DNA of 63,972 bases, filler included, from Reclinomonas americana ATCC 50394 (Eukaryota): the NCBI GenBank assembly GCA_048213135.1. It is 5 parts of 3 records of this genome, joined end to end, with 100 filler letters (N's around TTAATTAATTAA, not from the genome) between each part and the next. Parts side by side here need not be neighbours in the genome. Positions count along the whole stretch, not along the records: positions 44,840 to 58,301 come from PS015305.1; positions 58,402 to 62,765 come from PS015305.1; 3 more parts are not named here. One strand, given 5' to 3'. A program made the translations under genes and the position numbers. Shown here piece by piece: positions 49,426 to 60,613 of this stretch (positions are counted from its first letter, which is position 1; every line of letters starts with the position of its first letter). The notes under the pieces are model-generated. The model was not told the origin of the DNA, made no database searches, and worked only from the letters and a program-made list of their open reading frames with translations.

Positions 49426-51261
49426 TCACGACCGCGCATGAGCTGCGATCTTCTCCATGCACACGTCGAGGAAGGCGTCGAGCGATACGTGCGAGCCGAC
49501 TTGTGCCACGTCGGCCTTGAGCGAGGCCATGTCGGCAATCGGTACGCCTGACACGTTGATGAGCTTGAGGACCTCGCCGAACGGTTGTGGGTAGTCGTGC
49601 GACATGGCGATCAGCACGGCGCATGAATCGGTGGCAAACTCCCACTGCTCCCACTCGCCACCGCCGGTGGCCAACAGCGTCGAGCCCGGCAGCTTGGTGA
49701 TGGCATACCTGCGTGGAGGTCCAGTGAGTATACCCCGGCTGTGACCCTGGGAACGCATGAGAAGCGCAACTTGCTGGAGAGCGCCTGAAACTCGTCGATG
49801 CGCATGAGGGCATTGTAGGCGCGGAATCGGAACTCGCGCAGGAACAGGTCCCACTGATTGTTACTGATGCACTTCGGCAGCACGTCTTCCATCCAGATCG
49901 TGGAGGTGAACGACGGCGGCGACTCCAATACCTGGTACCCGGCCATGCGCCCCTCGTACGTGTCGATGCGCACCACAAAGGTGGGCTGGTCGGCCAGCGG
50001 CAGTGCAATCACGAATTCGGCACCTTGTTCGTCGGGCAGAATGCGCTGTACGCCGACGCCGCTCACAGCCGACATGAGGTCGATCAACTCGCGAGCCCTG
50101 CCACACGAAGAATGGTGAGCGCACAGGAAGGTAACAAGGAAAATGCATGTGTGCTGGCGCACCTCTGCGGTGTGTCAATGTCACTTGACGCCGGTGCCGG
50201 TGGTGGCGGTGGTGGTGGTGGCAGTGCTGGTGATGACGATGATGCTTGGTCGGCATCGCAAACGTCCATGGCTTGTGCGCTGGCGGCCTCGGCTGCCAAC
50301 TCGGCCTCTTGCTCACGCTGCAGGGCTGGGAGACGAAATAAACACGACTGCACGTGAGAGCTGAGGAGATGTGAGGTAAAGGGCATGTGGTTCCGTCGCA
50401 CCTCGGATGCGCTCCTCCAGCTGAGCAACACGCGACGCCGACTGCTGCGCTCGCGCATGCTGGCGATCGACATTGCGCTGCTGTGTGACGCACGCATTCT
50501 CAATGTCGCGCAACTCGGCGGCCTGCTGCTCGGCGCGCTGCTCGAGTGCCTTCTCCTGCGTCGACGACGCCTTTCCCACGCTTGCCTGGTTCATCAGACT
50601 CTGCTCCTGTGCTCGCACAGTGCGGGCGAGGTCGAGCGCACGCTGCTTGTTCTGTGCCACCAGCCCCACGACGCGTGCTGTGAGCAGACAGACGCCTTCC
50701 TTTCGAGCTTCCCACCACCATGTCGACGCAACAGCATTGTAGGCCGCAAACGCCGCCTCCACCTCGCTGGCCAGAGAGGCGATCTTGTCCTGCATCTTCT
50801 TGGTCTTCTTGCGGGCCTCCTTGGACTCGCGCTTCGCTCGCGTGATCTGGTTGCTGCGCACGACTGCTGTTAAGATCACAACTCACTCACTCACCGCGCG
50901 AGTGCGTACGACCAACCTAATGTCGGCAAACGGCTTGGACTGCAACAGCTTCTTCAGCGACTCGAACGAGCAGTTCTTGCATAGCTCACGAAGGAAGAGC
51001 TTCTTGGTCTCCAGGCCGAGGAACTCAAACTTGGAGAGCGACAGAACTGACTGTGTGTGATGATGCGAGGTGATGAGAAATGAGAAGTGTGTGTGTGAGA
51101 GAGTGAGCAAGAGGGCGACGCGCCTCGAGGTATTGAAGCTTGTCTTCATAGTCGGTCTCGTCGTCCAGCGACTTGATCATCTGCTCAAAGCCAAGACCAC
51201 CATCCGAGGTCGCCGTGTCAATCGTCCTGCGTGTGTGCGTGTGTGGAGGATGAGCACCGCC

Positions 51262-51300
<39 letters not shown>

Positions 51301-51386
51301 TCTCTCCGCCGATACACGCACCTCTCAGCGTCGCCAATCATCTGCGTTGTGTCGTCAAGCGACAGCATCGAGTCGTCGACTTCCAT
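49426..51386 (-). CDS. Sos7/Zwint-1/Kre28-like kinetochore protein with a C-terminal RWD-like region
   Basis: LSLSKFEFLGLETKKLFLREL followed by a coiled coil resembles the Sos7 motif FSKLRFSYVEQVTKEKFLRAI. The C-terminus has RWD-like features including SHDYPQ. Confidence 0.6.
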
Positions 51387-52477
51387 GATCTTCGCTCGTC
51401 AAACAGTGCAATTGGGAAAAACGACGCGCTGACCGTTACGAAATTGCGAGCTTGCAAAAAGTCGATATGAGTGGGCCATGCAAGCGATACGCCTGTGCCA
51501 TACAGGAGTGCCTGGCGCGCAAGTGCGTACCCTGTGCGTGTGAGCTCACATAAAGTCGGGCAGCTTTTCTCTCACACACGCTCGCAAAAAAGCTCATATG
51601 AGTCGACGCGGTGCGACAGCCAAGTGCAGCAACTGATGGAGTGCTGCCGCGAAAACGTGGCAGCCTCCGCCTCCGACCCATCGTGTGCCACTTCGTGGAC
51701 GACAGCACAGCAGAGGCAATGATTCTCTCCCGCGGCGGAGATCATCAGCACATCGGAAATTTGTCAACCAAATCCGACGGCGACCGGCCTCAGGCCACAG
51801 GCCGCGCAAGACGTGCAGTGTGGCCACGAGCCTCGTTGCTAGCCACGCGTACACACTATGAATGTGTTTATTGCTTGCCATATTCATTTTTCTGACCCAC
51901 CTCACACACACACATGCTCTGCCATCTGGTGGCACACGCCTCTGCACGGCGGCACCCACAACAGACGACACATGTACTCACACAGCCACACCGACAGCCA
52001 TACAGATTGACGCGTCTCATATGCAGCACAAGAAGACGACGAGGAGAAAAGTGTGTGCGAGACTCGTGATCTCGCCGTGCTCGGATGCAGACACATGCAC
52101 GCACACACACACACGCACACACGCCCACCACACACGCTCACCAGAGGGCGTCCATCACCCTCTGGGCGGTCGGGCGGCGGCGACTTCGGTGGCGACACTG
52201 GTCTGCAGCCCTCGCGAGACACGCACGCCGTCACCTTCGTGTACGGCGCCGTGTCACGCGTGGCAAGAGCACGGACGGAGGAGCACAGACACACACTCGC
52301 CACACACACACAAGCGCGCGAGGAGGACTATAAATCCACCACTCGCGCGCCCTCGTCACTAAACGCACACACGCACACAGCGACACGCAGCAGAACAAAA
52401 CAAAACAAAAAGCGAGAAAGGAAGCAAGAGAGGAGAACAAAGAACATAGAGAGGAATACATAAGCCTAGTTAACAAT

Positions 52478-55400
52478 TATATGTGTCGCCTGTCAACACG
52501 AGTGCAGTCGAATACTAATGCAGCCGTCTGAGAGAGACAAAGAAGGGGAGGGGAGCAACGGTCAGCCGTGCACAATTACGGCGAAAGAAAACTTCAAACT
52601 GACGTCACCTAGTACAACAGAGGAGGCTTCCAGCGTTGACGATGACGCCGACGCCAGTGTTTCCGCATGCAGCGACTCCACGTCACATTCTGCCTTCCGC
52701 CGCTCAGCCTGTCAGACACGCACACACACAGTAAGCAGGTGCGGCAAAGTGAGGGAGGAGGGGAATAAGAGGCACCTTTCTTGTTATCGCTCCCAACGGC
52801 GCAGTCTCGGTTATTGCAGGTGGTGGTGGTGGTGGCGGTGGTGGCGGTGGTGGCAAAGACTGTGCCAACACGGCGGCTGCCATGTGCACGGCAGGCACGA
52901 CCACGTTGCCTGTCGACCTTCTCCTCGCGCGATACTGAGGTTTTCTGCCGCCAGGACTGCTGGCCTCACCAGCAGTCGCAGCAGCCGAAGCCGCAGCAGC
53001 AGCAGCAGCCGCCGCCGCTGTTGCAGCGGCGGTGACGGCGGCGGCGGCACCCGCGAGCGCCTCGTCGTCGTCGGTCTCCATGCGGACACGGCCCGACGCC
53101 AGTGTAACTGGTGCCGACAACAACGGACCGCTCGACTGCGCCAGCGCCGATCGCGTAAAGGCGTCGGTCTGGCGACTGTCGGCGGTGTCGAGCTGCGAGC
53201 GGAACATTGACGCCGCCAACTTGACTGCCTCCGCCGCGGCCTCCGCGTCCAGGTCCTGCATTGCAACACAGAGTCAGTCAACCTTGTTACTCTCTGCGGC
53301 GGGGGCGGGGCAAATGGAACGCAACAATTTCCGGCTCGCACTTGGCATGTGGCCTCAACGACAGATTGCCGGGCCACGTCAACTGTGGTGACTTGGCGTA
53401 GCGGTGGTGCTGGCGTGATTGCGGGTTCTGTCGCTGCGAGACAACAATGGTGCTGATCGTCGCCGCCGACTCGATCAGTGTCGACAATTGCACCGCCGAG
53501 CAGTGCTTGGCGAGGAACTCAATTGCCACGTCTCGGAACGGATGCGGCTGGGCGACGGACACGGTCGACACGCCACCCGGTGCCACAAACGAGCCCCCAA
53601 AGCCCCCTACCGAGCTGGCGCCCGTGTAGTGCATGAAGAGGCTGTCGTGCGTGTTTGGAGGCATCGACGACAGAGCTGTGCGGGGGCAGACGAGAAATTT
53701 AGCAAACAATCATCCGCCAACAAATTGACAGCAACGGGGGAGGGTGCATGCAAGAGCAAAATGTGCGGGCAAAAAATGTGCACAGACGAAGAGGCGGTGG
53801 CGAGCCAATCAAAAAAAAATCATCAGTGTGAGACTCAATTGCACGCGGCGGTCCCATGCCCAAGACAGGCAATGATGTGAATGAAAGGAAGAATCACTGC
53901 CGAAAAGCGCGGCGGGTGAGTGCAACGGTGCAAACGCCACACAGCCACACATCATGTGTGAGTCGGCGCCCACCACCCACCCACCCACACACGTCTACAC
54001 AGACACTACACGCGAAAACACGGACACAATCATTGGCAACTAACAGCATGCGAATTGAGGGTGAAAACACAGTGCGCGCGTGCACAACGGTGGCGGTGGT
54101 GCTAGTGCTACTGCTACCGCGTGCATCAGCAACGGGTGCACCAAAGAATAAACATATCCGCGCACAGCGAGCACCAGCACGCAAAATGCACAACAACCCA
54201 ACTCCACACGCACATATATCTGCAAGACGATGTGCACACCCACACAACACAGTGGACCGCACACAGCGCAGTGCACAACAAGAAAAAGAGGGTGACACGC
54301 GCGTGCTTGTGTAGTTCTTGTCATCTCCTCCGTCACCCACTCACGCCCTCCTTCACCCACATGCACGTGTGTGTCGTGTGTGTGCGTGTGCGTGTGCATG
54401 AGTGAGGCCGCAGTCACGAAACTCCTCGAGTCGGACATCGTGGGGTCGTCAGAGCTGAAGAAAGCATCTGCGTTGCATTCACATACAGGAGACAGCAGAG
54501 AGAGAGAGAGAGTTCAGTCACTGTGATCGGCACGCGTCACAGAGAGAGACACACACACGCGCGCGCGCTCTCACCGCTGGCAGACTCAAAGCCGAGACTG
54601 CGGGAACACGAGTGGTGAGCAACAAAAAAGAGTCGATCAAAGTGTGAGTGGCAAGTGAGGTTGCACGCAACTCAAACACACTTGAGCTGTCGGCCGCACT
54701 CCAGAACTGGTCCTCTGCTCGCATACACACACACGCACACGTGATGAGCAAAAGAGGAAAAGAACGCGTGCGTGTGCAACAAGAGACATGCCGCGACATC
54801 AAAGCCACTTTCACGACAACGGGTTTGCCATCAAAGTGTGTTCCCCACTTTCTCCCCAACGCACCTGAGGTCCACAGTGCGTTATCCCACTCGTCCATTG
54901 TCTATCGCTCTCGCGGAGGGCCAAACAACCTCGTCGGAAGAAACACACAAACGCGGGAGAGAGAGTGCGGAACTTTTCTTCACGCACTCACACACACGCA
55001 GAGGCACACGCACACGCGCAGCAACGGAGTATATCACGCACGCGCACACAGAGAGAGACAGAGAGAGGCAAGAGGTTTGTGTGGGAGGGAAAGGGTTTGC
55101 CTCCGCGCACAACACACAATTGAAAAAATGAGAAGGGGGGAAGTGAAATGGCAAACCGCAGTTGCCCGCGCGCGGCAAACTCGCTTCGATGAGACAATGT
55201 GCGCGCGCGTGTGTGTGTGCGTTGTGTCTCGGTGGTGTGTGGCGTGACGTGATGTGATGCAGAGAGACGAGCGCAGCGCGTGCCAGTTTGCTCATGCACT
55301 TTTATGATCGCGCGCGCGCGTTTGTGTGAGTGCGAGGGAGCGAGGGAGTCTGCACTCTCTCTCTTGTGCGTGGTCATGGTGAGTTGGTCGTGCACGGGTG

Positions 55401-55634
55401 TGCATCTGTGCATGCGTGGCGTGACCAGTGCAGACGGAGCACGAGTGTGATGGCAAACCGAACATTTGAGCAGGAGATCTAGAGTGAGTGTGAGTGGTGT
55501 CTGTTTGTTGTCACGCACGCTGCGCACACGAGTGCACGTACGCACCAAGGCAGACTGCGGCTGCTGCTGCTGCTGCATCATGTTTGGACAACACGCGTGT
55601 GAGGTATATGCCAACTGAATCGTCGACATTTTCA
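52478..55634 (-). CDS. Hypothetical multi-exon low-complexity protein (boundaries uncertain)
   Basis: Coding-like exons (EDQFWSAADSS, DAFFSSDDPTMSDSRSF, HPFRDVAIEFLAKHC, MQDLDAEAAAEAVKL, poly-Pro) bounded by GT-AG; no family recognised. Confidence 0.4.
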
Positions 55635-55914
55635 GCAATGAGTGAAGGCAATCACTCACTCACTCGCGCGCGCGAGTGCATTTCAAACAAACCGACTTTA
55701 CCCGCCACGCACTCACCAGTACGCACGTGCTTTCACCCTCACACAGAGCCAGTGAGCAAGCTCTCCTGCGCCCTCCGACAGAACACACAAAAAGACAACT
55801 GAGTGCGCGGGAAAACCAAAATGCGCGCGTGCTGATTGCGGGAAACCGCATGAGTCATTGCGCGGAACTGTCCGCGTCTGTCCGCCGAAACTTGCTCTCC
55901 CTGTCTCTCACTCA

Positions 55915-58209
55915 ATGGACGACGATTACGACGACACACCGCCACCTCCGCCACCGCCGCCTCCACGCGCGCATGAAATGGAGGTGCACATCATGTCATG
56001 AGAGAGAGAGACTGTGTCATGACACACATTTCGCTTGCTCGCAGAGCATCACACAGCCAGTGTTCGATGCCACCTCCGCTGCCGCCGCCGCCGCCGCTGC
56101 CGCGTCTACAGAGCCCTCACAAGCAGTTTCGTCGCGCACTATGTAAACGCGCTTGCTTCCGCACTCACGCACTCAGTCGTGTGTGTGCGTAGCACCTGGA
56201 AGAGGTCTATCAGCTGCGACACGCACTCGACATTAAAGACCGGCGCATTGAGGAGCTGGAGACACTCCTCGGCAAGTGCTATCGATGGGCTGAGCGCGGC
56301 CAGTTCGCCAAGATCAAGGAGCAGCTCACTCCATTCAGTCATCTCTCATCATCATCGTCATCATCCTCATCGTCAGCATTGTCATCGTCATTGGTGGCTG
56401 CGTCAGTGCAGTCTCATGTGGCGGCTGCGGATGAGTCGGCCAGTGGAGTGAGTGATGCGTCGCTCCCGGCGGTGGGCACGCGCGTTTTGGTGAAGCAGCA
56501 GGTGGGAACGGTGCGGTATGCAGGCGCCACGGCGTTCTCCGATGGATTGTGGGTTGGTGTGGAGCTGGATACGCCGGGTGAGTGAAGAGGGAGGTAGGGG
56601 GAAGGGAGGGAGGGAGAGCAATGTGTCTCGCGTCTTGACTCTGGAGCTCCCCTTTGCTCTTTCTGCACTGCTGCAAGCTTGCATGAGCAGTGAATCATTG
56701 TGGGTCGCTTTGGTGCACATCCTGAAGAGTATTGTGTCTCGCTTCTGTTACGCTGTCTCCTCGCTGTGCTGCCCGTTTCAAATGCATCGTGTCTTTCCGT
56801 GTTGTGCAGCTCGTCTCTGTGGAAGCATCGTGTTTCTCTGCTGCTCATCTGTCCTTGCATTGCTGCAAGCTCCCAAGTGCTGTGTCTCTTGATTGCCGGT
56901 CTGTTTTCTCGCTTTGCTGCACCTCCCATAAGCATCGCGTCTTCCCGTGCTCTGCTGCTCGTCTCTCCCTGGTTTGGTGCTCGTTTCAAATACATCTTAT
57001 CTGTCCGTGCTCTGATTCTCATCTCTCCTCTGCCTGTCGCACGTTTTCAAGCGCATCGTATCTCGCGTATACTGCGCTGGTCTTACAATGCTGCTTACTC
57101 TTGAGTGTATCATGTTTTGCCCAGTGTTTCATGTCTCCTCATTTTACTGTGTCCTCTCATGCAACGCGTCTCGTGCTCTGCTGCTCGTCTCTCCCTTCTC
57201 TATTGCACGTTGTCAAGCGCATCTAGTCACTGCCTCACTGTCTGTTCACTTTGCTGCACATTGTCGAGCGTTTCGTGCCGTGCCTGCCGCCTCATCTCTC
57301 CTCACTATTCTCCACATTCTCAACTTATGTCTCTTCTCTCATCCTTTCATTTTCACGTATCTCTTCTTTTTTGCCCCTCTCCTTGCATCGCTCCATCTCT
57401 CCTTCCATCGCTCACCGTCCCTCGCTGCAGACGGGCGCAACAACGGCACGGTGCAAGGCAAGTTCTACTTTTCGTGCCTGCCAAACCATGGCCTGTTCGC
57501 GCGTCCAGACGCCATAAGACCGTTCGGAGTCGGACCGTGGACTCCGCCGGTGCTTCCGACCGGTGACGCAGCGGCTTCCGGTGTCGATGGAACCGACAGC
57601 GGCATCGGCGGCGGCGGAGGAGGAGGCGGCGGAGGCGGCGGAGGCGACGACGATGAATCGGTGCCGTCGTTGACTGCCTCCGGTGGCGACGACGACGGCG
57701 ACGATGCAGGTGGCGGGTCGCACAGTGGTGCAGGAGGTGTAGTGGCACCGGGAGGTCGCAGTCGGGCACGAAGCAGGATTGTAGTTGCGGGCGACTGCTC
57801 CGATATGTTCGCTGCACCAGTGAGCTAATTATATGCGCCAGGTTCCCATCAAGGGTGGACAGGCGCCGGATGTTGCCGCTCCTCGGCGAATGCGGTCTCG
57901 TGGCTTTACGACAATCGAAAAGGGTGCGTCGTGTACTTGTCTTGTGCATGCCTGCATGCATGTAGCAGAGCGCTGAACAGCTGTTTCGATTTCTGCAGGT
58001 GGTCAATGGTTCTAACAACGCCGAATCCCTCCACTCTCCCTCTCTCTTTCTAAGTCACGTAGTGTACATTTGTGTGCGCCCTTTTTTAAATCCTCTGTGA
58101 GCTTGGTGTAGCAGTTCCCTGTCTTGTCACGTTCCGCCGTCCGACTGGCGTCGGATTGGAATGCAGCACTGCGATTGTCCCCGAGCACATTTTCTCAACG
58201 TGCAAGCTG
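55915..58209 (+). CDS. CAP-Gly domain protein (partial; interrupted by gap and linker)
   Basis: VGTRVLVKQQVGTVRYAGATAFSDGLWVGVELDTP|DGRNNGTVQGKFYFSCLPNHGLFAR is a clear CAP-Gly domain, preceded by a short coiled coil. Confidence 0.8.
56640..57300. repeat. Degenerate roughly 55-60 bp repeats filling an unusually long (about 850 nt) intron
   Basis: Recurring gtttcaa(a/g)(t/c)gcatcgt and gtgctctgctgctcgtctctccc motifs. Confidence 0.6.
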
Positions 58210-58529
58210 GTGAGAGCACACAACCCGCACCTCGTGCCCCTCTTACTTAATCCTCTTTTAGCTCCTCCCTCTTCCTCTTTTCTTTCCTTCTCGGTCTCCC
58301 GNNNNNNNNNNNNNNNNNNNNNNNNNNNNNNNNNNNNNNNNNNNNTTAATTAATTAANNNNNNNNNNNNNNNNNNNNNNNNNNNNNNNNNNNNNNNNNNN
58401 NGTTGTCTAAAATTAGAGCCCATGCACATGGTTTCCGCCAGCACCTTCTTCCTGTCATATTTGTTCTCCCATGCTGCGCGCACTTCTCCCACCAGCTGAA
58501 ACACTCCGACTAACATTTTTTGCGCCACA

Positions 58530-60252
58530 GTGAGAGATTCTCTGGATGATTAGCGATGACTCGCCATACGCATTGCTGCCTGCCTCCGGCCCATCATCCA
58601 TGGCCAGCGCATACACCCTAGCGACCCCTTTCCATCACCATGCATGTGTGTATTTGCTGATGTACTTCAGTGTGCGCGAGTACAATCGCAACTCATGCAC
58701 TGTTGTGTTTCTTTCGTGTACAGTGTACGCCGGCGCCGTGGCCGCCAAGTCGCTGCTCACGACAGAGACCTATCCGGCAGAGCTTCTAGAGATTGCGCCT
58801 GCAAATGAATTGCCTGTCGGTGCGTTGACGGCCTTCGACAGCTCGCCGCCGCCATCACTGCTTTCCTGGCCACCGCATCCACCCGGGGCTGACCTTTCCC
58901 CTGTGCCGCCGGCGATCGAGCAGCCAGCTGCACCGGTACCATCAATGCCGTCACCGCCGCAGCTGCTGCGCATGGAACTACCGCCTCCACCGTTTGAGTG
59001 TAGCGACGCGGAGGTGGTACCGTGCACACCATACGACGGCGACGACGACGGTGACGACGATGACGATCAGTCGCACGATCGCATGGAAATCGATGATCCA
59101 TCGCGATTGTCAGCGGCTGCCTCTGCGTCTGCACCAGCGGCCGACGACGAAGGTGTCATTGAGATCGACCGCAGGCTTGAGCTTCTGTATCGCTCGCCCG
59201 ACAATCCTCGCGGCTGGGCGTGGAGGGAGGCCAGCATCGTGGAAAGCGGCTGCGGTGTCGCCTACAACGAGATGCAAGTCAATCAGCAGGTGCGCGCAGC
59301 GTTATCTCGATATCTTCCACTGTCTGTGACATGTACACTCACAACTTGTCCCTCCCTCCGCGCAGAGCTACCGGTTCGTCGACTTGTACGCTCGGCACGG
59401 CGACGGGCGACTCGTGGAAATCACGCACGTGCGACCTCTGCCACACGACATGTTTACGTCCATTACCCAGACTCGTCGTTTTCTGGTCTACCGACTGGAA
59501 GGCAGCTACGCCGTGCGCATCATGTGGCTATCCGGAGAGGGAGCGAAGAATCTTCGCAGCAGTATGGTAGTTGCGTAGCTCCCAACATGAACCGGTACTG
59601 CACACGTTTTGTATACGTCCGCTAACGATATCGATCGACATGCGCGCACTGCAGGCCATTCGCACTACCGACGGCGACTGTGTGACTGTGGCGGCGCGAC
59701 AGCGCCTCGATCGTGTCGGCCGCCTACCGAGCCCCGTGAGTGGCGATGGTGACTGGGTGCGCATCCCCTACAATGCTCCCGCATACACGGGCACTGCTGA
59801 CGGAGGTACACTTGCCACGCGCGCCCTGCTTGTTGCTAGCTGCAGTGTTGCTGACGATTGTCTTTGCCGCAGGTGCTCCTTGCGAGGTGCCGCACGTGCT
59901 GCTGTGTGCCGGCGTATTGCCGCAGTTTTGTCCTCATGTGTGGGGAACGTCCACGGCGACCCCGGGTTTCGATGCGGAGAGCGGCTGCCGCACGAGCCAA
60001 CTTGTCGTCTATCAGTGCCGGCATTTCTCCGGTCCGTCGTACTACACCCTCAAGGAGCCTGTGGTCGACGAGCGCTTTGTGTGTGTGCAGCAGAGCCCGA
60101 ATATTTCGTATCACGAGCGGGAGGGGTGCTTCGTCGAGGAATTCTACACGGTGGTGTGCGTCATAAAGTCAACTGCCAGCGCAGAAAATGCCGTTCTTCG
60201 CCTGCAAGCTCACGACGGCATCCTCTCGCCGCCGTTCTCCCTGCTCTCTTGA
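58530..60252 (+). CDS. 3' exons of a hypothetical protein (possibly the continuation of the CAP-Gly gene)
   Basis: In-phase exons ...RRLELLYRSPDNPRGWAWRE...|SYRFVDLYARHGDG...|AIRTTDG...|APCEVPHV...SPPFSLLS*. Confidence 0.55.
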
Positions 60253-60613
60253 AAATCCAGCCAAACGAGTAATAATCTCGTTGACTGTGCTTAATGTGCA
60301 ATTGTGTGCATGTGTGTATATGTGTACGTGTGTGTTACAATCTAACTAATTAATCTGCGACAATTAGTAGTGTAAACAATCCAATCAACTGTGTGAATAA
60401 AAAAAGAAGTCACTGTACATGCTCATTGACAACGATTGGTGAGAGGACAGAGGGGGGAGGAGAAGGTGGAAGAGAGCAAGTGATAAAGTACCAGAACAGA
60501 CAGAAGAGCGCGCGTCATTGCAAGCAGAACACAGCACCGGGAAAACACACACACACATAGGGAGGAGGGATGGAAGGAAACAAAGACCACTGATTATCAT
60601 ACACAGACACAGA

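Noticed and set aside
51440..52300. Possible small extra gene between the Sos7-like and hypothetical genes
   Set aside because: No consistent exon chain or recognisable protein could be built.
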